Source of the DNA: Malacoraja senta
Lineage: Eukaryota
NCBI GenBank assembly: GCA_038087875.1
Contig: CM075991.1
Location: forward strand, 3,100,001-3,164,000
Length of the DNA: 64,000 bases
Direction of reading: 5' to 3'
Of the stretch, positions 1-13,449 are shown piece by piece. The translations under genes and the position numbers were made by a program. Each line of letters opens with the position of its first letter. Position 1 is the first letter of the stretch. The notes under the pieces were generated by a model. It made no database searches. It had not been told where the DNA came from and was given only the letters and a program-made list of their open reading frames with translations.

Positions 1-14
1 TTCTCGTTGCCGAA

Positions 15-881
15 TTGAAAACCGAATTGAAAACCTTTGGAGAGAATTTTGGAGAGAAATTTAAAGAGGATCTCTACTCTTTCAAGGTAGATTTTAAAGC
101 AGAAATGCTTTCTACCGTTCAACAAATACTGGAAATCTGGAAAAGGACGACGGAGGAAGAAGTCAAGGATCAGATGGAAACGCTGGAAGCCAGGCTCGTT
201 TCGGTGGAAGCGAGTGTCAATATGGATGTGGCCCCCATTCGTCACGAACTTGATCAACATAGAACAGCGATAACCGAACTTGAGAAATGGGTGGCGACAA
301 GTGAGGAAACTGTAGCTCTACTCCTTACTGAAAACCAACGCCTCTCCGATATGGTGATCAAATTAAATGATAAATGTACCGATTTGGAGGGTCGTCAAAG
401 ACGTACGAACCTAAGAATTGTAGGGGTGAAAGAAGGAAGTGAGAAGGAAATGGGCACTCGGGATTTTGTGGCAGACCTATTACAAAAAGCCTTAAAATTG
501 GATCACAAACCTTCACTCGGTCGAGCTCATAGAGCGCAGCGACGTCGTACACAAGATGAAGCCCATCCAAGAGAAATCATCGTAAAGGTGCAACTGGATC
601 ATGAATTTGACGATATAATGAAGAAAACTGTTCAAGGCGGACAGCTCCTTTTTGAAGGTGTGAGATTCAGTATTTACTGAGATTATCCGGCAGAAGTCTT
701 CAAGAAAAGAGCGCTGTTCACTGAGACAAAAAGAATACTGAAGAATGTACATGGTTTGAGATACGGCCTGCTTTATCCCGCAAGACTAAGAGTCACCTAC
801 AAGTCCAAGGAGCTATTTTTTACGAACCACGAACAAGCACTGAAATATGCCAAAGAAATCGGGAACCTGACCGCAGACTGA
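15..881 (+). pseudogene. L1 ORF1p (coiled coil, RRM, CTD), interrupted by one in-frame TGA at 678-680
   Basis: DLEGRQRRTNLRIVGVKEG and RAHRA..PREIIVK motifs; the frame continues past the TGA as DYPAEV..KR...GLLYPARLRV to a TGA at 879-881. Confidence 0.9.
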
Positions 882-1743
882 AGAATTTACTTTACGCCTT
901 ATGAGTCAAGGACTAACAGGACCACCAGATCTAAAAGGACCTTTAGAGTTCTTTTAAGAGCTTTAAGGACATTCGAAAACCGAAATGGACGGAGGACATT
1001 GGAGAAGACCTTTGTATTTTTTAATTTTTTTTATTTTATTAATTGTACTAATCATTGTTATTATCTGTATATTCATACCTAACTACAACTAATACTTATT
1101 TAATATCCACATTACTACTAAAATTATTAACATCAACATTTCTCATAAAAATTTAATACTGTATATGATTGATAACAATGATTAATAACTAATAGATTTA
1201 GCGAAGAAAATAATATAATATGCAGAGAATAATAACGTTGTGAATTTTTGATATTCTTGAATTTTTCTGCAGGGATACGTGCTTATGTATGTATGCACAT
1301 GGATATATATACATATATATATGTGTGTATGGTGTGTGTGTGTATGTATGGGTATGTATATAAGTTTGTTACTCCCAAAGAAGTTATTTGAATGTTAGAA
1401 ATAATCTTTCTTTTTCTTCGGGCACGGAGCTGGGAATTTTTTTTTCTTACAAAGGCTACGGAAGTCTTTAGAATTCTAGCCACGTTAGTGTGGCTATCAC
1501 TAACTACACTAATTGTAGATGTAGTTCTTTTTCTTTCACCCTTTACTAATCAATTCTATCACTTTTTTCACTTTAAATATTTTTATAACTCAACGTTTGA
1601 ATGGAAAAACAAGTCTAATACAAGGAGATGTGTTCGGAAGAACGATGTATATGATTTTAAATTCATCTATCTGAAGTTCGGTAGCAGGGTCAGGTTCTAT
1701 GTGTTGTACGTTCTGCTCGGCTATAGACCACCTTAGAAACAAT

Positions 1744-4700
1744 ATGCAAGATGTTAATATGATAAGAGGGGGTCAAGGAATAACATTTTGTAGTTGGAAT
1801 GTCAAGGGAATCAATGAACCAATTAAGAGAGGTAAAGTTTTGGCACATCTAAACCTAATCAAAACAGATATAATATTTCTCCAAGAAACGCACCTTAAAA
1901 CGGAATCTCAACATAGACTTAAAGCTAAGTGGATCGCTGAATCATATCATTCCTCTTTTTCCCATAAATCCAGAGGAGTTGCAATATTAATTCGTAAAGG
2001 AATACATTTTACGAACTCTTCAACAATAGTGGATATTGATGGTAGATATATTATATTAGTTGGAGAGTTAAATGGTGAAAAAGTAATTCTTCTCAATGTA
2101 TATGGGCCTAACTTTGATAACCCCATGTTTTTTAATAAAACATTTAATAAAATTCCTGAATTTACACAATATAAATTAATAATTGGAGGAGACTTCAATT
2201 GTACATTAGATTCATACTTAGATAGATCTTCAAGGCAAAAAAAAGTAAAATCTCAATCAAGTGTATTTTTAAATTCATTTATTAATACCACTAATATTAA
2301 GGATGTCTGGAGAATAGAAAACCCAACTGGACGGGAATATTCATTTTACTCTCCAGTACATAAAACATACTCAAGAATAGATTATTTTTTGGTTGACTCT
2401 AGGTTTATCCCATTTATTTATAATTCAAAATATCATAACATTATAATCTCAGATCACGCACCTGTAACATTCATGATTAAATTAAATGGAATGTCCGAGA
2501 AACAAACATATTGGAGATTCAACCCACAAATTTTGAACGAAAGATCATGCCAGGAATATATTATTAAACAGATTCAAATATTTTTTGAGGTAAATGACAA
2601 CCCTGACACACCTACTTCTCTTATGTGGGAAACGTTTAAAGCGTTTGTTCGAGGTACATTAATTTCCGCTCAAGCATTTTATAATAAAGAGAACAGGATT
2701 AAACAACAAACATTGGAAAGTGAAATCAAGCAACTAGATATAGAAAATGCGAGAATGCCATCTATTTTAAAACATAATAAAATTGCTGTATTAAAATATA
2801 AATTAAATAAAATGTATTCAGAACAAGTAATAAAACTTTATCAAAAAACCAAACAATTACATTTTGAATTTGGAGACAAACCACAAAAACTATTATCACG
2901 TCAGTTACGAAAAATGGAAGGGGAAAAAATAATTCATAAAATTAGAACAGAGACAGGAGAATTATTAAAAATGCCTAAGGACATAAATGATAGATTTCTC
3001 CAATACTATCATAACCTTTATTGAACTAAAACCGTAGGACAATCAGAAGAAATAGCAGATTTTTTACTAAAATGTAATTTAAAAGGTTTAGATTCAAACG
3101 ATAGAGAATTATTAGAAAAGGAGATTACCATAAAAGATATTGAGGAGTCTATCGGCTCTTTAAAAAATGGTAAAGCAGTAGGACCAGATGGTTTAGGCTC
3201 CGAATTTTATAAAAAATTTCATGACTTGCTTTGCCCACGTTTACAAAGATTGTATGAGTATATCTATACTCAACAGAAACTTCCAGACACTTTAAATGAA
3301 TCTATAATAACACTTATTCCTAAAGCTGATAAAGATCCGGAAGACCCGGGATCATATAGAGCAATCGCACTTTTAAATACAGATCAGAAAATATTAACTA
3401 AAATACTAGCGAATAGATTAAGTACAGTGATGAATAAATTAATACACCCTGACCAAACAGGCTTTATTCAGAAGCGGTACTCATATTATAATCTAAGAAG
3501 ATTATTTAATATTATATATTCCAAGAGAAATATTAAGGAAGATCTAGCAATAATCTCACTTGACGCTGAAAAAGCATTTGATCAGGTCGAATGGTCTTAT
3601 TTATTTTCGGTGATGGAAAATATGCAGTTAGGGGAGAAATTCTGTACATGGATAAAACTGTTATATACAAATCCCACGGCTAGAATATTTACAAACCAAA
3701 GGTTGTCATCTAAATTTAGTCTATCTAGAGGTTGTAGACAAGGATGCCCGTTATCTCCATTATTATTTGCGCTTGCTATTGAGCCACTTGCAGAAAGAGT
3801 CAGGGGGCATCCGGAAATACACGGATATAACACAAAGGATACAGTGAATAAAATTTCTTTATACGCAGATGATGTATTAATTTACATTACAAAACCAGAA
3901 ATTAGTATTCCAAACTTATTAAAGCTAATAACCCAATTTGGTTCACTCTCAGGATACAGAATAAATTGGAATAAAAGTGAAATTATGCCAATAAGGGAAC
4001 ATAACAAACAGATAATACAACAATTTCCATTTAAAATAGTAAAGGAAAAATTTAAATATCTAGGTATTTATATAACTAAGAAATATACATCATTATTTAA
4101 AGCAAATTTTCCACCATTACTAAATAAACTACATAAGAATATTCAATACTGGAAAACACTTCCTATCTCAATGGTAGGCAAAATTAATGCCATAAAAATG
4201 ATTTTTTTACCGCAAATATTATACCTTTTTCAGACAATTCCGATATATCTGGCAAAAACCTTTTTTAAAAAACTGGATTCTATTGTTAATGATTTCATCT
4301 GGGATTATAAGAATCATAGGATAAACAAAAGACATTTGTGTAAATCAAAAATGAATGGAGGCTTGGTTTTACCCAACTTTTTGTTTTATTTTTGGGCAGT
4401 TAATATTAAAAATATGAATTTCTGGTTGGAAGAAATAGATCATCAGCCAGACTGGTTAAAAATGGAAAAGGAAGATTGTTTACCTTTTGATATCGGTTCG
4501 ATTTTATTTGCTACGTCTAAATTAAACAAAAAAATTTATAGGGAAAACCCTATAATATTTAGTGCTATACGAATTTGGAAACAATTAAAAAAGACATTAA
4601 AATTAGATAATTTATCACTTTTTCTTCCAATTGTGAATAACCCTTTGTTTAAGCCTTCATGGTTGGACGGGGGTTTTACACAATGGAAGAATTATGGAAT

Positions 4701-5559
4701 TAAAAATATGGGACAACTTTACAAGGAAGGCACTTTTCTGACATTTCAGGAGTTGCAACAGACTTACGGACTTCGAGGAAATGATTACTTCAGATATCTT
4801 CAACTTAGAGATTATGTAAAATCAAATACTCAAAATTTTCGAATTAGAAATTCAGAAATTCTTGATGAATGTTGGAACAAACATCCTCATACAGAAAAAT
4901 TAATATCTTATATATATAATATCTTATTAGACAGTGACATTCCATCGACGGACTTACATAGACAAACATGGGAAAAAGAATTAAATCAAATAATAACGAA
5001 AGATACTTGGGAAGAAAGTTTGCAACACATACATCAATGTTCATTAAATGCCAGACATTCTCTAATACAATTCAAAGTAATACATAGGTTACATTATTCC
5101 AAAACAAAACTACATAAAATTTTTCAACATATCTCACCTATATGTGATAAATGTCAACATTTAGAAGCTACCTTATCTCATATGTTTGCAAACTGTATAA
5201 AAATTAAACAATTCTGGGTAAATATTTTCAGTATAATATCTAAAGTAACCAGCACAAAATTGGACCCAGATCCAAAATTAATAATACTTGGAATATTAGA
5301 ATTAAATCAAACATTTAGAATAACACAAAGAAACTTTATTGATTATAGTTTAATAACAGGAAAAAAATTAATTCTAAAATTTTGGAAAGGCCCTACGACC
5401 CCCACAATTAAAATGTGGATTATAGAAATGACGGAGACCTTAAATGTGGAAAGAATCAGACTCTCCCTGTTGGATAAACAGGAATTATTCGTTGGAACAT
5501 GGTCTCCTTTTATTGACTACCTAAAGGGCCAGAACAGTTCAGCACAGGAACCTGACTAG
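1744..5559 (+). pseudogene. L1 ORF2p (APE endonuclease, RT, CCHC domain), one in-frame TGA at 3022-3024
   Basis: SWNVKG, LQETH, GGDFN, RIDY and SDH endonuclease motifs; DAEKAFD, RQGCPLSPLLF and LYADD RT motifs; CDKC..H...C; the ORFs at 1699 and 3226 are in the same frame. Confidence 0.93.
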
Positions 5560-5939
5560 CACCCGGGCTAAAGAATGGATGAAACGCTATATCTAGAAAT
5601 GTACGAATATATCTCGAATGAAGTTTTCTATTTCAATAAATTTTTCCATTCTTCTTTAACTATCTTTTTTTCATTTTTTTTGTTTTTGTTTTTTGTTTTT
5701 GTTTTGTTTTTTTGTTTATTTTTTTTTTTATTTTTTATTTTTCTTCTCTTTTTTCTCTTTCTTTACTTCACCTTTCTCTTTAGTTCTATTTAGCTTAAAA
5801 AAAAAAAAGCAAAAGGTATTGGAGACATTGTAATAATATTTAACAATATTATCAATTTAATAATGTAAGACTGTAATGATGTAACTAGGTTGTGTACGCA
5901 TCTCCAATAAAAAAATATTTAAAAAAAAATATATATATA

Positions 5940-8050
5940 TTTTACCCTTCACCTTAAACCTATGTCCTCGATTTACCTACTCTGGGCAAGAGACTCTGTG
6001 CATATATCCGATGTATTCCTCTTGTGATTTTATACACCTCTATAAGATCACCCCCTCATCCTCCTATGATCCAAGGAATAGAGTCCCAGCCTACTCAACG
6101 TCTCCTTATAGCTCAGACCCCCTAGTCCTGGCAACATCCTCGTCAATCTTGTCTGTATCCTGTCCAGCTTGACAACAGCTTTCCTAAAACACGGTGCCCA
6201 GAAATGAACACAATATTCTAAATGCATTCTCAGCAACTTCCTATATAACTGCGACACCCACTTACAGCCTGACTCCAGTCTGCAAACCCACCCCCTCCTT
6301 GCTGCCCAACATCAGTCTGGCCACTTCTCCATCACTAACAAAATCATTAACAAAAGCAATTGATGAGGTGGAAAAGCTATTCAGGAGACAGAAAAGACAG
6401 AAATCTCCAGGACTGGACAATGTTTCCCCCTCTACCCTCAAGCTCTGTGCTGAACAACTGGCACCAGTCTACACAGACATTTTCAATCAGTCCCTGTAAT
6501 CCTGCACTGTCCCTGCCTGCTTCAAAGTCTCCACTATTGTTCCCGTACCCAAAATGCCAAGGATTACTGGTCTTAATGACTACAGGCCTGTCACACCGAT
6601 CTCTGTAATCATGAGACACTTGAAAGATTTGTGCTGGCCCACCTGAAAAATATCACAAACTCCCCGCTGAACCCCCTGTAGTTTGCATAACGGGCAAATA
6701 GATCAGTGGATGACGAAGTGCAAGGATTTTGTTTGTGGATTTTAGCTCTGCATTCAACACCATTGTGCCAGAGCTACTACACCCCAAACTCTCCCAGTTG
6801 ACTGTGCCTGAACCCCTCTGTCAGTGGACCATCAACTTCCTGACAGACAGGAAACAGCAAGTGAGGCTGGGAAAGCACATGTCGGTCCCGCAGACCCTGA
6901 GCATAGGAGCACCACAAGGCTGTGTACTCTCCACTCTACTTTACTCTCTCTACATCAACGACTGCACTGCCATAGATTCCTCTGTCAAGCTTCTCAAGTT
7001 TACGGATGACACAACCCTGATTGGACTGATCCAGGATGGGGAGGAATCTGCCTACAGACAGGAAGGGACACAGCTGGCGTCCTGGTGCCATCGCAACAAC
7101 CTGGAGTTCAATGCTCTTAAATCGGTGGAATTGATTTTAGACTTTAGGAGAGCTCCCCCTCCCCTTCCCCCACTCACTATCAACAACATCACAGTCATAT
7201 CTGTGGAGTCATTTAAGTTCCTTGGAACCATAATCTCCAGGGACCTTAAATGGGAGGCTACCATCAACTCCACAGTCAAAAAGACCCAACAGAGGATGTA
7301 CTTCCCGTGGCAGCTGAGAAAACATAATCTGCTATAGGAAATGATGGTTCAGTTTTATACTGCCATCATAGAGTCAGTCCTCACCTTCTCCATCATTGTC
7401 TGGTTTGGCTCAGTCACCAAGCATGACATCCGGAGGCTGCAACGCATCGTTCGATCAGCCGAGAAGGTTGTTGACTGCAACCTTCCCCCCATCGACGAAC
7501 TGTACACTGCAAGGGCCAGGAAGCTAGCAGGTAAGATCATCTCTGACCCCTCTCACCCTGGCCACAAACACTTTGAAGCACTTCCCTCTGGAAGGCGACT
7601 CTGGACTGTCAAAGCCACTACAGCCAGACATAAAAAACAGCCTTTTTTCCACGAGCAGTAGCTCTACTCAACAGCCAAAAGTTTGTAGCCTCCTTTTGCT
7701 CTGGTATTTTATTTCATTCTTCACAGTTTAAATTATGTTTTATTTTTAATTGTCTACTGTATATGGTGTTGCTACTTACGAGCAAAGCACCAAGTCAAAT
7801 TCCTTGTATGTATACATATTCAGCTAATAAAATGTATTCAATTCAATTATTCAATACTCTGATGAAGGCCAAATATGACAAAATCCTTTTTGACCACTTG
7901 ATCTACCCGCGACTCCACCTTCAAGGAACCATGCACCTGCACTGCTAGATCTCTATTCTCCACTACATTCCCCAGAGCGCTACCATTCACTGTGTAGGTC
8001 CTGCCCATGTTAGACTTCCCAAAATGCAACACCTCACATTTCTCTATATT
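5940..8050 (-). mobile_element. CR1 LINE RT fragment split by a Rex insertion (pieces ~5940-6252 and ~7851-8050)
   Basis: The minus-strand translations HLEYCVHFWAP..LGLYSL and LHFGKSN..DLAVQV are consecutive CR1 RT segments on either side of the Rex insert. Confidence 0.75.
6253..7850 (+). mobile_element. Rex/Babar-type LINE, 5'-truncated, degraded RT
   Basis: KSPGLDNVSP..LKLCAEQL, FVDFSSAFNTI, GAPQGCVLS, KFTDD and DPSHPGH..F..LPSGRR; AATAAA followed by an (ATTCA)n-like tail at ~7826-7855. Confidence 0.85.
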
Positions 8051-8066
8051 TGCCAGTCAACTATAT

Positions 8067-9190
8067 CAGGGACCTCCAAACTTTTCAGCATGAGGGCCAT
8101 ATAATATATTTGGCACATTTTTGAGGGCCGTAGGAAAAAATAATGAAATGTAAGTTTTATAAATTTAATGAACTCAAAAAAGAACTTAAGTAAAACAATT
8201 GGAAGATATTCAAAACAAAACTTGTAGCCATCAATCGTAAAGTTTTATGTAACCACATTAACGGGAAGGATGGAACTGCTTTTTGTTTTCAAAATGTCAT
8301 TGAATTGAGGATCCAAATTTGAGGAGCCAATTATGAGGATGGACTTCAAATGCTCATCAGATAAATTTGCTCGATATTTAGTCGTGACCTACTTCATTCT
8401 TGAAAATGTTTGTTCACAGAGATATGTTGTACAAAAATGGACACAAATCTACAAGCAAATTGCTTCAAATTTGGAAACTGCTCAGGCTTCAAAAATGTAT
8501 AAAACCCAATCAGATTTCTTTCTTTATACTTGTCTTTCAGTCCGTCATCTGCCTGAAGATCAATAATTTCCATTTGAAACCGACTTGGGAGATTTGCTAC
8601 ATTGCAAACAAATGGATTTTGAAAGAGCCTGTTTTCATTTGCTTTGGCATCAAGGTCAGAAAATCCCTCCTGAAATTTTTTTTCAATCATAAAATTCTTC
8701 TTCGCTTTCTTCATGAAATTCTTCACAACATGGGAAATTAACCAAATTATAAACTTTCACCTTCAAGTAGCATCAGTTTTGCTCTGAATGCCTTGACTTG
8801 AGCAAAAATGTCACAAATCAATTTTTTCTCCCTTGAAGCTTCAAATTCAATTGATTCATATGGCTTGTCACAACTGCAAATAATGCCAATTTCCAAAGCC
8901 ACTCAGCAGCTGATAAAAGCGGTTGAGGATGATTTTTCTCTCTGAGAAATGAATCAATATCCTTTCAGAAAGAACCACAATTAAACCATCAAACTGCTGT
9001 ATAATAAGGCAAGTCAACACTCAGAATCAATTTCTCCCAGAAAATCATGAAACTGGCGAGGATTGAGTCCATGAGATCTAATGAAATTCTCCACAGAAGC
9101 AACAGGTTCCAAGACACAAGGCATATCAACATAATTTCCACACAGTGCTGATAAAGTTTGCTACTTAAATACAGACATTAACACAATGGG
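8067..9190 (-). mobile_element. hAT (Charlie-like) DNA transposon remnant, transposase C-terminus
   Basis: Terminus cagggacctccaaact at 8067; minus-strand FSDL..LFQNPF..QMEIIDLQ..FPNLKQFA resembles the hAT dimerisation region; inner boundary approximate. Confidence 0.7.
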
Positions 9191-9377
9191 TTGAGGTAAA
9201 CCAAGCAAGCTTTACTTCAGTTCGTCATGACGGGAGTGGCAGGGATCGCTTCAGCATGTATTCAAGTCACTCAAATTAACAAAGACTCACAGGGTCTTAT
9301 ATACTGTTAAAGTCACCTAGCAGCATAGCAAAAGCTGTCCTAATATGGAGCTGTTTTTCTGTGCCAGCTCGTACCAG

Positions 9378-9835
9378 TCAAGTTCATGTTCAAGTCAAGT
9401 TCAAGTTCAAGTTCAAGTGAGTTTATTGTCATGTGTCCCTGATAGGACAATGAAATTCTTGCTTTGCTTCAGCACAACAGAACATAGTAGGCATTGACTA
9501 CAAGGCATTCTATAAATATATACACACATGAATCAATATACTGATAAAGTGCAAATAACAGTATTGGCTAATAAAGTTCAGTGTTATGTCTGAGCCAGGT
9601 TTAACAGCCTGATGGCTGTGGGGAAGTAGCTATTCCTGAACCTGGTCGTTGCAGTCTTCAGGCTCCTGTACCTTCTATCTGAAGGTAGTAGGGAGATGAG
9701 TGTGTGGCCAGGATGGTGTGGGTCCTTGATGATACTGCCAGCCTTTTTGAAGCAGCGACTGTGATAGATCCCCTCGATGGAAGGGAGGTCAGAGCCAATG
9801 ATGGACTGGGCAGTGTTTACTACTTTTTGTAGTCT
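9378..9835 (-). mobile_element. Rex/Babar LINE 3' end
   Basis: Minus strand reads IIKDPHHPGHTLISLLPSDRRYRSLK..RFRNSYFPTAIRLLN, then AATAAA and a (CTTGAA)n tail. Confidence 0.75.
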
Positions 9836-9849
9836 CTGTTATTAGCTCA

Positions 9850-10400
9850 TACCAGTCCCTCTTATGAGCCCCGAGTACTTTTCCACTAGTGACACTTGTC
9901 CCTCTCTCTCTCTCCGCTGTTGCTACTCCCCCCTCTTAGACACGGGCCATTCCATAAAATCTTCAAAGTGTAAGCTACATTCCACACATTCCACATTCCC
10001 CTCCCTCCTTTCCAGCATGCATAAGGGAGCATATATAAAAGCATCAGGTACACAAACTTGTCCGAGATGGGTGAGCCAAAGTCCTGTGGTGAGATCAATG
10101 GCGCATCCCTCTTGTTTCCACATTTGTTTCTCATGTGCAGAGGCGTCCCTCTATAATTCCTGAACCTCCCTCATGTCTGGCAAGACCATTCTGTCTACTA
10201 GAATCTTTGGTTCTGTGGGGACCAATGTGCAGAATTCGCAAGCTGCCATGCGGGCCGTACTGTCAGCTCGGGCATTCCCCAGAGAGATTGCTTTGTTGCG
10301 GCTACTCGAATGGACATTTTTTTTTTAGTGAAACAATTCCTTTTTATTACCAGTGCATTCAGAGAACATTTTGTTTTGTTTATACAAGACTAATTTAGGC
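9850..10400 (-). mobile_element. LTR-retroelement/ERV pol fragment (RNase H C-terminus and downstream linker)
   Basis: Minus strand at ~10240-10280 reads GNARADSTARMAA (RNase H terminal helix pattern), followed by WKQEGC..GLW....GQVCVP. Confidence 0.5.
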
Positions 10401-10919
10401 AGGGTAACATTCTCAGAAGTGCAGAAATACTAATCTGGAAATATACACAAATGATTCAGAATCTGGTGTGTTTAAATTTATGTTTTAAACTAATTAAAAA
10501 GCAAAAAAAGAACTTATCCCACTTTACAAAATGCAAAATCTTAAACCTTTTTGTTGATGAATATATTTTAAAAAATAAAAAAATGAAAGTGGTAATTTTT
10601 TGGATTGATTGTGGTAAAATAAAATTATTAGCATAAATTGGGCGCTATATGTCTATATTTTTATACTTGATTTTTAACGTAGCTCTTTACTTTAATTATT
10701 TAATTGTCTTTCATGATTCCACATTTCCTTATTGAAGCAATGCTTGTTGCCTCAGTACAAATTATTTTTACTCTATTTGTGCAGTAGAATTGTAATTGTG
10801 CAGTAGAATTGTAATTGTGCAGTAGAATTGTAATTGAAAGTAACAAGATAGAAGGAAGCAGATGAATGTTCTGTAAAACCTCAGACTTACTAATGTGTTT
10901 CATCAACTTCCACCCTGCC

Positions 10920-11360
10920 AATAAAAGGACAGTGCTGGAGTAACTCGGCAGGTCAGGCAGCATCTCAGGAGAGCATGGATAAGTGATGTTTCGCATTGAG
11001 ATCCTTCTTCATACTAACGGAGGAGATAGAAGGGTCTTACCCATTCCTTTTCTACAGAGATGCTGCTTGTCCCGCTGAGTTACTTCAGCTTTTTGAGTTT
11101 ATCTTCGGTTTAAACCAGCATCTGCAGTTCCCTCCTATACATATAGAATTACAATTGGGCAGTGTGGGCCTGAGGAATGATAAGTTTGGAGGCTGTGGAA
11201 GGGAGATCGTCAGAGGAGATGAGATTAGAAACAGTTTGGGAGATATGTAGGAAGGAACAGCAGATGCTGGTCCACTTCGAAGATAGACACAAAATGCTGG
11301 AATAACAGCGGGACAGGCAGCATCTCTGGTGAGAAGGAATGGATGACGCTTCGGGTTGAT
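10920..11360. repeat. Cluster of Penelope pLTR-derived repeats, inverted arrangement
   Basis: Repeated gctggagtaactc..gcagcatctc unit and its reverse complement; degenerate hammerhead core at ~10983-11015 (-). Confidence 0.65.
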
Positions 11361-11486
11361 GATGGTCTGGTGTTTTTCTGTGGGGTTATGGTCAAGGGGT
11401 AGGTATGAGCAGGTGTCCGAGTACTGGCGCCTGGCCTCAGCATGGTAGAGGTCAGCCCGGCCTGCCAGACTACAACAGATCAGTTA

Positions 11487-11680
11487 AGGGCCTGTCCCAC
11501 TTTCACGACCTTTTTTACTTGTGGACATTTTTCATCAGGCTAGAAAAAACGCCCCAACCTACTTGATGCCACGAATACCTACGACTAGCATCACGGCCTG
11601 TTACCTCGTGACGACCATGCTGCGAGTATGAGTCAAGGGCAAACTCGGCAGAATTAGGTCGTGAAAGTGGGACAGGCCCT
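11487..11680. mobile_element. PIF/Harbinger-type MITE, 194 bp
   Basis: Perfect 25-bp TIRs AGGGCCTGTCCCACTTTCACGACCT (11487-11511, 11656-11680) flanked by TTA on both sides. Confidence 0.9.
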
Positions 11681-12437
11681 TTAGTTTACAGCAGCAATTT
11701 GTGAACACCTTTTAAAATTTCAAGCATCATGTTACAATCTGAAGAAGGGTCCCAAATCATCACCCAGTCCCTCTCTCCAGAGATGCTGCCTGGCCCGCTG
11801 AGTTACTCCAGCATTTTGTGTCTATCACTTTACAATTGTTCTATTATCTATGGCCACTGCAGTTTTCCTCATCTGCCCAGTACCTGCTTGGTGCAGCTGA
11901 GACTCATTTGCAGAGCATCTGCTCTCCCAGTTTTATCTTCAGATGCATTCCCGATCCTTGTTGTGAAGTGAAAGGATCGTATCTAATCAAGGCACACTCA
12001 GACTTACGGTTTAGTGTCTCCATTGAACTAAAGAGCTTTAAAAGTGTTAATGGAAATGAAAACAAAAGCTATAGATGCTTTACATCTGAAATTAAAAACA
12101 ATGCAAGACACAATCGTTAGTTTAGGCTACATTTGTGAAAAGAGAAACAACGTTAATGTTTCAAATCAAAGACTCTTGTCAACATGCGGAAACAAAGTAA
12201 ACCAATTAGTTATAAGTTATGGAAAGCCTCGATAGGATGGTGGAGACAAAGGAAATGCCTCTGTTAAGTTGGGGCCAGAATTACGATGGTGATAACCTCC
12301 AGGTGAAGTTATTTTATTTATTTATTCATTTTTTAATTTTATTTTTATTAGAAGCAATGTACAATAGTATAAAACATAAGTGACATATTACATTTCATGC
12401 ACAACTTCTTATTTTAACTTTAATAATTAAAGAATAG

Positions 12438-13446
12438 TGAGGAAACTACTACCATCAGCAGTTGTATCATCAATGAAGATAAGTGATCCAGTACCTTCAG
12501 CAGCCATACATGCCCAGGCCATAATACCCCCACCACCGTGTTTCAAGGATGAGGTGGTATGCTTTGGACCTTGGGCAGTTCCTTCTCTCCTCCATACTTT
12601 GCTCTTGCCATCACTCTGATATGTTAATCTTCGTCTCATCTGTCCACAAGACATTTTTCCAGAACTGTGGTTGCTCTTTTAAGTACTTCTTGGCAAACTG
12701 TAACCTGGCCATCCTATTTTTGCGGCTAACCAGTGGTTTACATCTTGTAGCCTCTGTATTTCTGTTCGTGAATTCCTCTGCGGACAGTGGTCATTGACAA
12801 ATCCACACCTGACTCCTAGAGAGTGTTTCTGATCTGTCGAACAGGTGTTAGGGGATTTTTCTTTAATATAGAGATAATTCTTCTGTCATCAGCTGTGGAT
12901 GTTTTCCTTGGCCTGTCAGTCCCTTTGTGATTAGTAAGCTCACCAATGCTCTCTTTCTTCTTAGTGATGTTCCAAACAGTTGATTTTCGTAAGCCTACGG
13001 TTTGACTGATGTCTCTAACAGTTTTATTTTTGTTTCTCGGTCTCATAATGGCTTCTTTGACTCTCATTGGCACAACTTTGGTCCTCATGTTGATAAACAG
13101 CACTAAAAGTCTCCAAAGGTGATGGAAACACTGGAGGAAAGATTAGGTGCTGAGTTGTCTTATGCCTGCATTTAGGAGGCAATTGAACACGCCTGAGCAA
13201 TAACAAACGCCTGTGAAGCCATGTGTCCCAAACATTATGGTGCCCTGAAATGGGGGGACAATGTATTAACACAGCTGTAATTTCTACATGGTGAAACCAA
13301 AATGCATAAAAATAACCTTAAATAAAATCTGACAATGAGCACTTTAACCACATGTGATTTTTTTCTATTACAAATCTTAAATTGTGGAGTACAGAGACAA
13401 ATAAATAAATGATGGATTTTTGTCCCAAACATTATGGAGGGCACTG
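12438..13446 (-). mobile_element. Tc1-family DNA transposon, 3'-truncated
   Basis: TA|CAGTG terminus at 13446 with an internal direct repeat (gtcccaaacattatgg at ~13225 and ~13422); HTH segment with RPRKTS..DDR and VWRR....[13 protein letters not shown] transposase segment. Confidence 0.88.
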
Positions 13447-13449
13447 TAA

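Larger units (their letters stand above)
1..5930 (+). mobile_element. L1-clade non-LTR retrotransposon, near full length (5' end outside the window)
   Basis: ORF1-like and ORF2-like frames in tandem, long AT-rich spacer, T-rich 3' UTR, AATAAA near 5906 and an A-rich tail at ~5910-5930. Confidence 0.95.

Noticed and set aside
1392..1736. 114-aa hydrophobic ORF in the L1 spacer as a third L1 protein
   Set aside because: Low-complexity T-rich sequence readily gives hydrophobic ORFs; no motif support
678..3024. Programmed TGA readthrough or selenocysteine in the L1 ORFs
   Set aside because: Single nonsense substitutions are simpler; no SECIS or readthrough context is evident
5575..5793. Phe-rich ORF
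   Set aside because: T-rich L1 3' UTR
10770..10835. Three tandem copies of the ~19-bp unit tgtgcagtagaattgtaat
   Set aside because: Simple minisatellite without spacers; no further structure
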